64,000 nucleotides of DNA from Ascoidea asiatica JCM 7603 (lineage: Eukaryota; Fungi; Ascomycota), in the NCBI GenBank assembly GCA_001600695.1, contig BCKQ01000006.1, positions 198,315 through 262,314 of the forward strand. Direction: 5' to 3'. The position numbers and the translations under genes are program-made. The notes beneath the pieces are model-generated. The model was not told the DNA's origin. It was given only the letters and a program-made list of their open reading frames with translations, and did no database searches. Shown one piece after another: positions 35,801 to 48,302 of this stretch. How positions within the stretch are numbered: position 1 is the first letter of the stretch; each line of letters begins with the position of its first letter.

Positions 35801-38800
35801 ATAACAAGTCTAAATAATTTAGTTCAATTAGATATGAGTTTCAATAATATTAAAACAATACCCAAGGAAATTTCAAATTTGGAAAGCCTTGAAGTTTTAA
35901 TCTTAGATTTCAATAATCTTGCTGGAAGTTTATCCAGGAATATCAGCACTCTTCAAAATTTAAGGGTTTTGAAAGCCAGAAGGAATAATTTGAATGATGT
36001 TTCGGCTATTAATGACTTAGATACGATGGAACAGATGTATTTTGATCACAATAAAATTCAAGTTTTGATAATTGACTGTAAGAATTATAGAACTTTACAA
36101 CATTGCAGTTATTCACATAACCCAATGTCTAAAATAAAAATGAAAATATATGAAAAATTTTCTTCACTGATAATGAGTGAAGATGGTGAAACTATTCAAA
36201 TTAAGGATTTTAAATATGTCGAAACAAATGATCCTTTAAATCATGAAGTTTTTACAAATTTGGTTTCGGTTGATCTTTCTCATTGTAAACTTTCAACCTT
36301 ACCTAAAAAGATATTTACAATAATGCCTAATTTATCAAAAATTATACTTGATCGCAATTTATTATCAGAGTTGCCAGATATAGATAGAAATATTACTAAA
36401 TTAGTGGTTCTATCAGCTCATTCCAATAAATTATCTCATATTCCAGAGGAAATCGGTCAATTAGAGTATTTACAAGTTTTAGATTTGCATTCAAATAACA
36501 TTAAAGAAATACCTTCAAGTCTATGGGTGTTACCAAATTTGTTGGATCTCAACTTAAGTTCGAATTTAATTAATCAGTTTCCTGCACCTAACATGCCTAT
36601 TCCTAGAACGATTAAAAGTCGAAACCCTTCAATTCCAATGTCAAGTCAGTCTTTTCCCAATTTTCTATCTTTTGAAGATAAAGCTGGATCTTCTTTGTCA
36701 GGTCCTGCAAGTCATTCTCATGACAAGTTTAGTAATTCTATTCAACTGAGTAGAAGACCTTCGGTAATACCTTCTCTGAAGAGATCCATCGGATCGATTT
36801 CGACTTCTAGTAATGGAAGTAATAGTGATAAAACTTCTTATGACTCGAACTCATTTCATATTCCAAGAAAATTGAGTGATATTTCAGCTTTAAGCTCAAC
36901 GGCAGCTCAACAGCCCTCTATTAATTTACATAAATGTTTATTAGTTTTGAAGCTTGCAAATAATAGATTATCTGATGATTGCTTTGGCCCTATCTCATAT
37001 TTAACAAGACTTGAAACTTTGAATTTATCTTATAACGATTTAATTGAAGTTCCAACTCATGCTTTAAGAAGATTAAATAATTTAGTTTCATTACTTCTTT
37101 CGGGTAATGAATTAACTAGTTTACCTGCGGATGATCTTGAAAGATTGAAATCTCTAAAAATTTTAGCTCTTAACAATAATAAGTTTAGAACCTTACCTGC
37201 TGAATTGGCTAAAGTTGAAAATTTAACAGTTTTAGATGTTGGCTCGAATCAATTGAAATATAACATTTCCAATTGGCCTTTTGACTGGAATTGGCAATGG
37301 AATTTGAAACTACGATATTTGAATTTTTCAGGAAATAGAAGATTCGAAATTAAGCAGCTTAATGGACCACATAATAGTGTTTCTAGTGATAAGAGCAATC
37401 AAAACTCGGCTGATATAAGGTTTGATAGTTTTAATGACTTGAGATATTTGAAGATTTTAGGTTTAATGGGTGTTACTTCTACTACTGCTGCCATGATTCC
37501 TGATAACTCTGTAAATATGAGAGTGCGTACAACAGAATCTGAAGTAAGTTATATGAAATATGGAATTGCAGATACATTGGGACAAAGAGATTATGTCTCC
37601 ATCAGAGACAGTGTGTATGAAAAGTTTAGAGGAAATGAAAATGAGGTTCTAATTTTTCTAATTGATGGCAAGTCCCAATCTATGGATTATCTCAATAATA
37701 TTGGGGGAAATAGAAGTGGTCATAAAATTTCACAAATAGTCCAAGACTCCTTTTCGGACAATTTTAAAGAAGAACTTAATAGGGTTAATTCTGTTCCTGG
37801 AGAAACTGTTGAAGATGCATTAAGAAGAACTTTTCTTCACTTAAATAAGGTCATAAATGATCATGTAATTCCTTATGATATTAATTTAAATGATCTTCCT
37901 AGAAAAAGCAACGGTGGTATTTCTAATTCTAGTAAGCAATCGGATTTCAGTGAATTAACTATAAAAGATGCATTTTCAGGATGTTCTATTTCAATTGTTT
38001 ATGTTGTTGGAAAGGATTTATATTCGGCAAATGTTGGAGATATTTCTACTCTACTTGCTAAAAGTAATGGTACTTATGAACAAATTACTGTCAATCATAA
38101 TGCACTTTCTAAAGAAGAGCTTTATAGATTGAAAATGGCTGGTGGGTTTGTAGACATGGAAGGGTATACTTGTGGAACTACTGATGTTTCAAGAGCTGCT
38201 GGATTTTTCAACTTGATACCTCAAATAAACGCAAATCCATCTATTAAAAAGATTAAGTTGACAGTAGCACATGAAATGATTATAATAGCAACCAAAGAGT
38301 TATGGAAATATGTTTCTTTTCAGAAGGCTGTGGATATAATGTCCCAAGATAAAATTGATCCAATGTTATCGGCTCAAAAGTTGAGAGATTTAGCTTTATC
38401 GTATGGTGCTGATGACAAAATGACAGTCATTGTTCTAACATTGAATGATGATAATTCAACAGTACAAGGCGAAGAATTTTCCCAATCAAATATTAGAGAT
38501 GAGTCTGCATTACTGCAATTTAGACGTAGAAGAGATAGAATGACACTTCCGGAAGATTCTAATCTGGTTCAACTTGGTGTTGAGATTGAGCCTCCTATTG
38601 GGAAAGTGGCAATGGTTTTCACAGATATTAAAAGTTCAACATTCCTTTGGGATAACTTTCCTAGTGAAATGAGAGCTGCTATAAAATCACATAATGCAAT
38701 CATGAGGAGACAATTAAGAATAGTTGGTGGATATGAAGTTAAGACAGAAGGTGATGCATTTATGGTTACCTTTCCAACCGTTTCTTCTGCTTTGATCTGG

Positions 38801-39739
38801 TGTTTTAATGTTCAAATGCAATTATTGAAAGAAGAATGGCCTTCTGAATTGGTTGATTCATATGAGGGAATGCAAGTTTATGATCATAAAGGAGAAGTTA
38901 TATTTCGAGGAATATCCGTTAGAATGGGAATTCATTGGGGATCACCTCTTTGTGAAAAAGATATTATTACTAAAAGAATGGATTATTATGGCCCGGTTGT
39001 TAATAGAGCTTCACGAGTCAGTGCTGTGGCAGATGGAGGGCAAATAACTATCAGTTCAGACTGTCTAAATGAATTAAAAAGGCTAGAAAAAGCTTTCGAT
39101 GATGTTCTAACTAAGAAAAAATCTATAATTGATTCATATGATGATCTGCAGAATGGTCCTTTATTACATGAACAAATGAATAAACTTACTCTGGAAGCAT
39201 ATAAGATATTTCTGTTAGGAGAGGTGAAATTAAAAGGATTGGAAACTCCAGAGGTAGTTTCTGCAATTTACCCATCAAGATTAGTTGCTAGATATCCTAT
39301 TCATATTGGTGAAGATACAAAATATGAACAAGTAAAATTAAAGGACTTGGAAGGAGGTGTAAAAACTCTTGGTGGATTAGTTTGCAAGAAACGCAGTGAA
39401 AGTGTATTGTCCAATAATTTCGTTGACAACTTGGAAGCACTTGCCATAAGACTAGAAACTATATGTTCTGAGATTGCAATAAAAGGAACCAAGGGATATA
39501 TGGCTGGAGCGTATCACAATAGAAATACGGGAGCCTATCATTCCAAGAATGTTAATACAATGTTATATTTGGAAAGCATGGTAACTCGAATTGAAAATTC
39601 TATTTCTGTTTTATCTCTTCGTCAAACAGTTGGAATGAAACAAGGAACTGGATTATTAATGGATTCTAAAGGTAAATCAGCCGATGAGATTTTAAGGGAG
39701 GCAATTCAAGCCTGTATTGCAATGGGTAAACTTCATTGA
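32513..39739 (+). CDS. CYR1: Adenylate cyclase
   Basis: WVAPESW, Ras-association domain (LRIFKEDNTF), LRRs, NWPFDWNWQWN, PP2C-like domain, cyclase core (VFTDIKSST, YEVKTEGDAFM, DYYGPVVNRASR). Confidence 0.98.
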
Positions 39740-40081
39740 TTTTCGATTTTTTTTTTATTTTTTTATTTTAAGAAATTCCTTTTTTGTAACATTTTTGATT
39801 GAGCTTTAGGCCTTTCATGTATTTTATTTTAATTTTTTTTTATTTTATTTCGATTTTTTTCATTTTACTTTTCTTATTTTATTTTGCAATTATCAGAATT
39901 TATTGATAAATGCAGTTTTAATGTTATAATTTTTGAATCTACGGGAGGTGGTAAAATCAATTCATTTTATTTACTTGATTTTTATATATATATGTATTTT
40001 AATGAAATTTATGAATAATAATTTTTAGTAAAAAAAATAAATAATGAAAAGACAAAACAAAAATTTAGAAATAAAGTGAAA

Positions 40082-41581
40082 TCAAAGGAAAAGAACAAAT
40101 AAAGCACCAATTATTGAAGCATAAACTACATTAAGTGTTGATCCAGAATCAACAATTGTAGTTATAAAAGAAGTTGAAGAATATTGAATTTGAGTATCAG
40201 AAGAATATTGATAATTAGTATCAGATTCTAATTTTGAAGAATTATCATACCAAGGTAAGGAAGAAGTTGACAAAGTATTTATAGTTGAAGATTTATTACC
40301 GTGATTTGAAAAAGATTTAATGATTGTATCAGTACAAGAATTTTTTGGAATTGGAATTGAAGTTTTTGAACAATTATATGAAATTGAAGTGAAAGAATTT
40401 GTATTTGTACAATTGTTGATAGCAGTCTTATTATAATAAGAACTAAATTTAGAAGAATTTGGTAATTTTGATGAAAATGAACTGGAAGTATAATTGAAGC
40501 AAGATATAATGCTTGATGAGTTTTTTGATGAATATGGACAAAAAGAAGAATAAGATGATGATGATGATAAAGATAAGGAAGATGAAGATAATGATAATGA
40601 AGAATAATTAGAGTAAGATGAAGATATAGATACTGAAGATGATGAAGATAAGATAGAAGAAGAATATAAGGAGGAAGAAGAAGGATATAAGGAGGAAGAA
40701 GAAGGATATTCACTTTTTGTAATTGTTGAAATACTGATTGTTGAAACACAATCAGTTGTTGAACTTGAAGAGGTTGAAGAAGTTGAAGGTTCTAAACAAT
40801 CTGGAGTAGTAGTTGATATACAATTTTCAGGAGGACCATAAATACAAGGATTACAAGTAATTGATAAATCAAAAATACATGGATCACAAGTATTATTAAA
40901 ATAACATGGAGGATCATAACAAATTTGGGTTGTATAAGTCTCATCAATATAACAACAACCTTTAAAATAATCAGGCATTTCGCTACATAAGTATTTATTA
41001 TCATTATTATTGTTATCATTATCACAGTCTTTATCTTTATGGTTATCTTTGTGATTATTATTAGGATTATCATCATGATGATTGTCATTATTATCATTAT
41101 GGTGGTTATCGTCTTTATAAGGAAGTATATGATAATCATCGGAACTTTCTGAAGCATCAGAAGAATCAAAATTCATTGGAGGTTTAGTTGTTTCAGGTAA
41201 TTGAATGACAGTTAAAGTGGTATATGAAGGATTAATTGATTTTGAATTTGAATAACCACAATAATTATATAAAAATTGAAATTTTTCAAATTTTTTACAA
41301 TAAATTTCATTAGAATTCTTACAAGATTTCAAACAAGTTTTAAAATTTTCTTTGAATGAAATATTATCCAGATCTAAATCCGAATTTAAATCAGATGAGC
41401 ATATACAACTTTTCAGAAATTCATCATCATCTTGCCCAAATTGTAAGCAATTATTGATATGATCTAAAGCTAAATCACAAGCGCCATCATGATTATTATT
41501 ATTAGCGGTACTCTCATTTGCTGAAGCATTTGATAATTTGAAAACCAAAACAAAAGGGAAATATAACTTTGAGAACAGCAT
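40082..41581 (-). CDS. Secreted Cys-rich, Ser/Thr-rich, probably GPI-anchored cell-surface protein
   Basis: Signal peptide, two Cys-rich modules, Ser-rich stalk, C-terminal DSG omega-like site plus hydrophobic tail. Confidence 0.8.
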   Translation of the reverse strand: MLFSKLYFPFVLVFKLSNASANESTANNNNHDGACDLALDHINNCLQFGQDDDEFLKSCICSSDLNSDLDLDNISFKENFKTCLKSCKNSNEIYCKKFEKFQFLYNYCGYSNSKSINPSYTTLTVIQLPETTKPPMNFDSSDASESSDDYHILPYKDDNHHNDNNDNHHDDNPNNNHKDNHKDKDCDNDNNNNDNKYLCSEMPDYFKGCCYIDETYTTQICYDPPCYFNNTCDPCIFDLSITCNPCIYGPPENCISTTTPDCLEPSTSSTSSSSTTDCVSTISISTITKSEYPSSSSLYPSSSSLYSSSILSSSSSVSISSSYSNYSSLSLSSSSLSLSSSSSYSSFCPYSSKNSSSIISCFNYTSSSFSSKLPNSSKFSSYYNKTAINNCTNTNSFTSISYNCSKTSIPIPKNSCTDTIIKSFSNHGNKSSTINTLSTSSLPWYDNSSKLESDTNYQYSSDTQIQYSSTSFITTIVDSGSTLNVVYASIIGALFVLFL

Positions 41582-42892
41582 GATTAGAATTATAAGAAGA
41601 TTGATTTTAAATTTTTATTCAAAAAAAAGAAGAAGGTTAATGAAAATATAAATTAAAATATAGGATTATAAAAGATTAAAAAAAAAAAAAAAAATACATG
41701 GCGATAATTGCCTTATTATATCCACTTTTATATTGCCCTTTTCTTTGATACAAAGAAGTGAATTGGCTTATTCTTCCAAGTCCAAGAGCAGATCATTTTG
41801 GTATTATATCGCACTGAGGTTGATCTAGGTCCAGAACAATCCAGAACAAAACACAGCAAACCAGAAGGAAATATAAAGATAAGAAGAATCCTGGCAAAGA
41901 GATTATGTGAATTGGTGGTCCCTTGTTGCTGTCAATCCCTTAATTGGCTTTATTTGATCTGGTAATGAGTTTAAATTGTATGTGACTGATTTGTTGTGGC
42001 AAAAAAATACAGATTCTTCAATGATTTGAATGAGCAATGAGAATTCATTCCTCTTTGGCCATGCTGATTTCCGAATCGGGTAATCGAGGTCTATTGATTC
42101 TGGATTCAGGAGCAGCTGGAAATGATCTGGCAGCTGTCAAAGAAACTAATCAACAGAGAGTAAATTGCAAGTCAAATGAATCAGAGTTGTAACTATAGTA
42201 AGAAATTGTGTGTAATTGAATCTGATCTCGTCGCCACGTCAATTATCAATCGTCTCTTATCTAATATCCATTTAAATCAATCTCCAATCAATCTATAATT
42301 AATCTATAATTAATCCAAAAGAAATTAATAAGCAATCAATAAATTTTAATTAATCTGTAGTTAGTCAAGACTTTTAAAAAGTCGCGTTTTTGTGTTGATG
42401 TTAACAACCGAATTACATCGCATGAGTCATACTGTATGTTTAATTTAAGTTTCGATTAATAATTAGATTCCAATTTAAGTTTAGATTCGAATTCAAACTT
42501 AAATAGAAATAAAAATCAAAAATTATTCATTAATTACAAAAACATTTTAAATTCTTAATTCAGAAATGCAATTAATTTTAAAATAAATTTTTCAAAAAAG
42601 AGAATAAAATTAAAGGGTTAAAAAAAAAGAGTTATGGGCCACGTAATGCTCAAAAAAAAAAAAAATCAGCAATGAAAAATAGTAAAAATTATAACAAAAA
42701 ATAAAAATAATGAAAGACAGTGATAAAAAAAATGTAAAATTTGAAATAAAAAAAAAATAAGCTAAACAATCACTAAAGTGAAACAACAAAAAAATATCAT
42801 AAAAAAACATAAAATATCCAACCTTTGAGCCCCCATTATAGTCAATAAATTTCAATAATTTTGAAAATTTTTATAAATTTATGAGTATTTAT

Positions 42893-44860
42893 TCAAGTTC
42901 TATTTCTTTTATTTTTTTTACTTTTCTTCTTTCTTTGATTTTTCTTTCTACTTTTAGAAGTTTTTGGAGATTTTGATATAGAATTTATACCTCTTGATTC
43001 TTGAGATTCATCCAGATCATTATCTATTTCTAAATCTTCATTATTTATATTATTATCATCTTCAATTTGATTATTTAAAATAGAATTTTCAATATCATCT
43101 GTATTTCTATTCAAAGAAGTTCGACTTGAGCTATTATTTAATTCCTCATTAGTTAAAGAATTTGATGATGGTAATTCTACTAGGGCTGCTTCATTTTCAA
43201 TATCTCTTGTGAGATTGTTTTTTGTATTATTATTAATATTTCCTTCAAAAGTAAGAATCTGATCATTATATGATTTATTTTTGTTATTATTCATAAGAGT
43301 ATGATTTGAGCTTGTTCCTTCTTCATTAACGATATAATCTGGAATTATTAAAGAATCTAAAATTTGGGAAGGAGAATATTTTTTTGGACTAAATGAAGAA
43401 TTTGAAGAATCTTTGAATTTACTTGATCTTCTTTCATATAATCTTAAATCTAAATTTGTATCAAAACTTTCTTCTTCATCACTACAAGGATTTTTATATG
43501 ATGGTGGTCTTGAAGTTTTATTAATTTTAGTAATTTTATTATTTTTTTTATTAAGTTTATTTTCTTTATTATCTTTATTTTCTTCTTTTCTTTTTAATAA
43601 AGCAGAAGGTCCAAAAAATGTAACTTCATTATATGGATAATCAGGTGGTAATTGTTCACCAGTTTCTATAATTGTAAAATTTAAATTTTTATCACCATAA
43701 GCAGGTGGTGCACCAATTGTACCAATAACAGGAGCTAAACCCCATCTTTTAACATTTGCTTCAATAAATACAAATCCACTTTTACCTAAATTAACATGAA
43801 CTTTATTATTAATACCTTTATAAGAACCAATTGCAGGATATAAAGTGATTTTCATATTATGAACAATTTCAAATAATTTTTTACCATTTCTTGTGAAAAA
43901 AACTGTACCTAATCTTGGTCTAAAACCAATACCAACAACATCACCATTTTGTAAAATTGGTAAAATTTCTGGAGCATTATTAAAAGGTTGATTAATTCTT
44001 GATTTACCATTACTCTCATAAGCAACAGAAAATTTATTATAACCAGGTAATCTAAAATTTGGATATGGTTTTGTAATTAAACCAATTGATAAAATTGAAT
44101 TTGGATCAAATTGAAATAATTTAACTTCAAAATAAATTACACCATGTTCTCTATCTTTAACAGGTAATGGTAAATTTAATTGTACAGAAATTGGTGAAGA
44201 TTTTAAAAAAGTTATTTCAGTTTTATCTTCAACAATAAATGAAGGATCTAAAATTTTTGTAAAATCATTTTCAAATAAAAATGCTTCTAAACCTCTATCA
44301 ATAATTAATCTTTGTTGATTTTCTGTTAAACTTTGATTAAAAGGTAAAATTTTTGGTGGATTAATTGATTGAAATAATTTTGCTCTTTGATAATATTCTC
44401 TTTCTTCAATTGATAAATTTGGTAAATATTGAATTTCATCTTGAATTAAATTTTCTTCATCATCAAATTCTCCTGGAATTATAAAATTTGATCCAAGATA
44501 TTGAGATTGAGATGAATTATTTATATACAAACAAATAAAATATATCATTAATACAATAAAAGCAATTAATATTGCACCAAAGCTTGATGATAAAGCAATT
44601 ATTAAAGGTAAATTTAAATCATTATTTGGATCATTAATTGGATTTGAAGTGCTATTTATAATATTAATATTATTAGTTGTAGATTCAGAATTTTTTAAAA
44701 TATTAGAGGTATTGAATACAATTTGATTTATATTTATTTCTTTATCATTATTTAAATTAATACTATTTTTAATTTGATGTATATTTTCTTTTAATTCGAA
44801 ATAAGATAATTTTGCTTGAGTAAGGAACCGATTATTCAATCCCGATGAAAGACTAACCAT
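42893..44860 (-). CDS. EAR1: SPRY-domain single-pass Rsp5 adaptor (Ear1/Ssh4 family, Ear1-like)
   Basis: TM helix, PGEFDDE, IIDRG, YFEVK, KPYPNFRLPG, GDVVGIGFR, GFVFIEANVK; PY motifs PPAY, PPDY, PPSY. Confidence 0.85.
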   Translation of the reverse strand: MVSLSSGLNNRFLTQAKLSYFELKENIHQIKNSINLNNDKEININQIVFNTSNILKNSESTTNNINIINSTSNPINDPNNDLNLPLIIALSSSFGAILIAFIVLMIYFICLYINNSSQSQYLGSNFIIPGEFDDEENLIQDEIQYLPNLSIEEREYYQRAKLFQSINPPKILPFNQSLTENQQRLIIDRGLEAFLFENDFTKILDPSFIVEDKTEITFLKSSPISVQLNLPLPVKDREHGVIYFEVKLFQFDPNSILSIGLITKPYPNFRLPGYNKFSVAYESNGKSRINQPFNNAPEILPILQNGDVVGIGFRPRLGTVFFTRNGKKLFEIVHNMKITLYPAIGSYKGINNKVHVNLGKSGFVFIEANVKRWGLAPVIGTIGAPPAYGDKNLNFTIIETGEQLPPDYPYNEVTFFGPSALLKRKEENKDNKENKLNKKNNKITKINKTSRPPSYKNPCSDEEESFDTNLDLRLYERRSSKFKDSSNSSFSPKKYSPSQILDSLIIPDYIVNEEGTSSNHTLMNNNKNKSYNDQILTFEGNINNNTKNNLTRDIENEAALVELPSSNSLTNEELNNSSSRTSLNRNTDDIENSILNNQIEDDNNINNEDLEIDNDLDESQESRGINSISKSPKTSKSRKKNQRKKKSKKNKRNRT

Positions 44861-46085
44861 TTTTGGTTACGAGATTCTACCAATAATTATCTATTTGAAA
44901 TAAAAGAATAGTATAATACTATTCAACTATAGCTGATGTTAATTTTATTATTTATATTATATATTATTTTTTATATTATTATATTATTTACTAACTTAAC
45001 TCTCTTTTATTTCTGGTTCTTATTCTTGTTTTAGTTATCCAGAAAGTGACAGAGGTCTGTTAACAATCAAATCACTTCACTTTGACTTAAGCCATGGCGA
45101 AAATGAAGGCCATGCGGATCAGAGCGCGGATGCAGGGATCAAAGCACGGATATGCAGTAACATATCCGACTGTCATCCGTGTAACAATATCCGTTCCGGA
45201 TAGAATTAAGGAAATACCGTTGGAAGAAGCACAAGAAGCACAAGAAGCAAAAGAAGAAGTTTGTGGATTTGAATTCTTTCATCGGTTCAGATGGATCCAA
45301 AAACAATGTAAGAATACAGAGCCATAAACACAACACGAAAAAACAGACGACAAGAAGAATAAAAGCAACTCGAGAACCATTTGATATTCTTCTCTAGTTG
45401 GAAATTTCAATTCTACTCCAATGTCTATATCACTTAAAGAGTTATAAACAAAAGGGAAACAATTTGATAAAAGTATACCCATTTTCATATAAATTGGAAC
45501 AATAAGGATAACTGGAGACAAAGATTGGGAAAAGTCATTTAATTTAATCGATTTCACCGTTTGGCATTTAACTAACTACCAATTTTATTCAATTATTATA
45601 CTAAAATTGAATAACTTGCTTTTGCTATACTATTTTATTTTTATTATTTTTCGCGAAATTATTTGAATTTGCATTCCCAGGTAGGAAACCAAACTTAAAA
45701 ATACAAAATTAAAACATTGGATAAAAATACATACTAACTAAATTTCACAAAATTTCACAAAAAAACAATTTTTTTTTTTCATTTTCAAATCTTTTCACTT
45801 TTTTTTTTTTTATTTTCATTTTATATTATCTTTTATCTTCTTTCAAATAAATAAATTCCTATTAATTTCATTCCTATTAATTTTATAAATCACAATTTTA
45901 AATTTCAGCCGTTAAATCCAATTTAAAATTTAGTAATTTCACCAATTCACACCATTTCTAAGGCCATTTTTAAATTATAAAGAGTATACACGATCAAAGG
46001 GGTAAATTAGGTGACTAGGTAAATAGGGATGTAGGTAACTAGGTAAGTAGGTAAATAAAGAAAGTCAAGAGATTTTTGAAGAGAT

Positions 46086-47306
46086 TTAATAATCCCTTCT
46101 TGGAGAAGAATCTCTTCTTGGTGGATCATCATAACCACGAGATCTATAACTATCAGAATCTTCTCTACCTCTATAACCACCACGATTACCTCTATAACCT
46201 CCAGAATCATGTCTGAAACTATCACGATCTCTAAAATCACCTCTACCACCTCTATAACCACCACGGCCTCTATAACCGCCTCTGTCACCAAAGCCACCTC
46301 TAGAACCTCTGAATCCACCTCTGGAACCTCTAAAGCCTCCTCTACCTCTGAATCCACCTCTATCACTGAAGCCACCTCTTCCTCTGAAGCCGCCTCTAAA
46401 ACCACCTCTACCTCTTCTTTGAGGAAATACAAAAGGTGAAGTATCTTCTTCAGCTTGTAATATAGAACCATCAAGATCATGATTTTGTAACATTTCAATA
46501 GCTTTATTTAAATCATCACTGGAATTAAATTCCATAGTTGAAGAATGTTCATGATAATTAACATTAACAAAATTTGCAATAACATTAGATGTATCTCTAA
46601 CTAAATCTTTAACTTGTTGCCATTGAACACCATCTGGTAAATTTAATATTTTCATTCTAAATGTACCTCTTGGTGGTCTATCAAAATTATTACCATTTGA
46701 AGAATTATTTGAAGAATTTAAATTATTACCAATAGATTTTTCTTTTGCAAATGCAATACCAATTTGTGATCCATTAATTTGTATACCAGAAAGTCCATCA
46801 AAAGCTTGTTTTGCATGTTCTGGATTATTATATTCAACAAATGCATAACCATCCATAACTTTAACATCAGTTAATTCACCAATTGTACTAAAATTATCTT
46901 CCAATTCTTGAATTGAAGTATCTGGATTAATATTTTTAATAAAAAGACGTGTTGAAGAAAGTGGAACTTCTTCATCTCTATCATCACGTCTATAAGAATT
47001 TCTATCATCAAATCTATCACCACGTCTATCATCACGTCTATCGTCACGTCTGTCATCACGTCTGTCATCACGTCTATCATAATATCTTTCTTGAGACCTT
47101 TCTTGAGATCTATTATTATATCTTTCTGGTGACCTTTCTGGAGATCTATTATTATTATATCTTTCTTGATCTCTATCAGGTGAACCTCGTGGAGATCTTT
47201 CTTGATCTCTTTGTGGAGATCTTTCTGGCGACCTTTGAGGTGATCTTTCTGGGGATCTTTCTGGAGACCTTTGATCAGGTCTTTCTTCAACTCTTTCTTC
47301 TGACAT
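46086..47306 (-). CDS. NPL3: SR-like mRNA-binding protein, two RRMs plus RGG tail
   Basis: LSSTRLFI, GYAFVEY, NLPDGVQWQQVKD (SWQDLKD-type pseudo-RRM), RGGFRG repeats, terminal SSPRR. Confidence 0.9.
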   Translation of the reverse strand: MSEERVEERPDQRSPERSPERSPQRSPERSPQRDQERSPRGSPDRDQERYNNNRSPERSPERYNNRSQERSQERYYDRRDDRRDDRRDDRRDDRRGDRFDDRNSYRRDDRDEEVPLSSTRLFIKNINPDTSIQELEDNFSTIGELTDVKVMDGYAFVEYNNPEHAKQAFDGLSGIQINGSQIGIAFAKEKSIGNNLNSSNNSSNGNNFDRPPRGTFRMKILNLPDGVQWQQVKDLVRDTSNVIANFVNVNYHEHSSTMEFNSSDDLNKAIEMLQNHDLDGSILQAEEDTSPFVFPQRRGRGGFRGGFRGRGGFSDRGGFRGRGGFRGSRGGFRGSRGGFGDRGGYRGRGGYRGGRGDFRDRDSFRHDSGGYRGNRGGYRGREDSDSYRSRGYDDPPRRDSSPRRDY

Positions 47307-48302
47307 TATTGAACAGTTATTAATGAAAATTGATATTAATTAATTATTATAATATAAAAGCAATTACTATTATTAAGATTATTAATATGTATATAAAAAA
47401 TGTATTTTTATTAAACTCTTAAAAATGAAATAATTGAAGAAGTGAAGAAATGAAGTTATTGGAATTGAAAGAATTAGTTGCTTGCTTAATTTCTTGCTTG
47501 ATTACTTAACAAACTTTAGCAAGCGATGAAAATTTTGCCATCGTTTTTCCTCTCCTTCTCCTTTTCGCGAAGCAGAAACAGGCAAACAAAAACAAAAAAA
47601 GAGCAAAACAAAAACAAAGCAAATGATTTAAGAGTCACGTGAAATATTAAAGTACCACTGATATGGTTGAAACCACATAAATGGGTGTTATGTAATATTG
47701 TGTATACACTACATAATACCTCGACTTACATAATTATACAACCGCCTTTGGATTACTCCGGTTTTACTTTCCACTTTAATACCCGTTTCCGTGCCAAAGA
47801 TCCACTTTTTCCGCTCTGTTCCATCTTACACCCCACCTCCATACAAAGCGGCGCCTGTGCACTGTTTCTACGTATTTTATGGCTTTTGGTATGCTTTTTG
47901 CTATGCTTTATTTATTTATTCTTTATTTGTTCAATACGTACTTTATTCGTGATTTATTATTCTTTATTTTATTCACAATTTATTATTTATTATTCATTAT
48001 CTATTCAATTGTTTATTCAATTGATATTCATAACTGATTATTCATTCATTGTTTATTATTCATCAATTCATTGATAATTGATCTTTATCCATTATCCAAT
48101 ATTCATATTCATTGATCGATTTAGAAATATATCAACTTCTGCCAAGCTAACAACTTTAAATCACTCTCAATTGGTTATTTATATCTGTTCAGTTACCAAA
48201 GTATTTAAACATCTCAAGAATTATATTACATTATATTCAATTATATCAAATTATATTGCAATTACAAAACAAATACATTGGAACTAAGATCTTTTATATA
48301 AA

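Noticed and set aside
46041-46050. TACTTACCT on the minus strand resembling the U1 5' end
   Set aside because: Part of the ACCTA repeat in the NPL3 3' UTR; no U1 stem-loops follow
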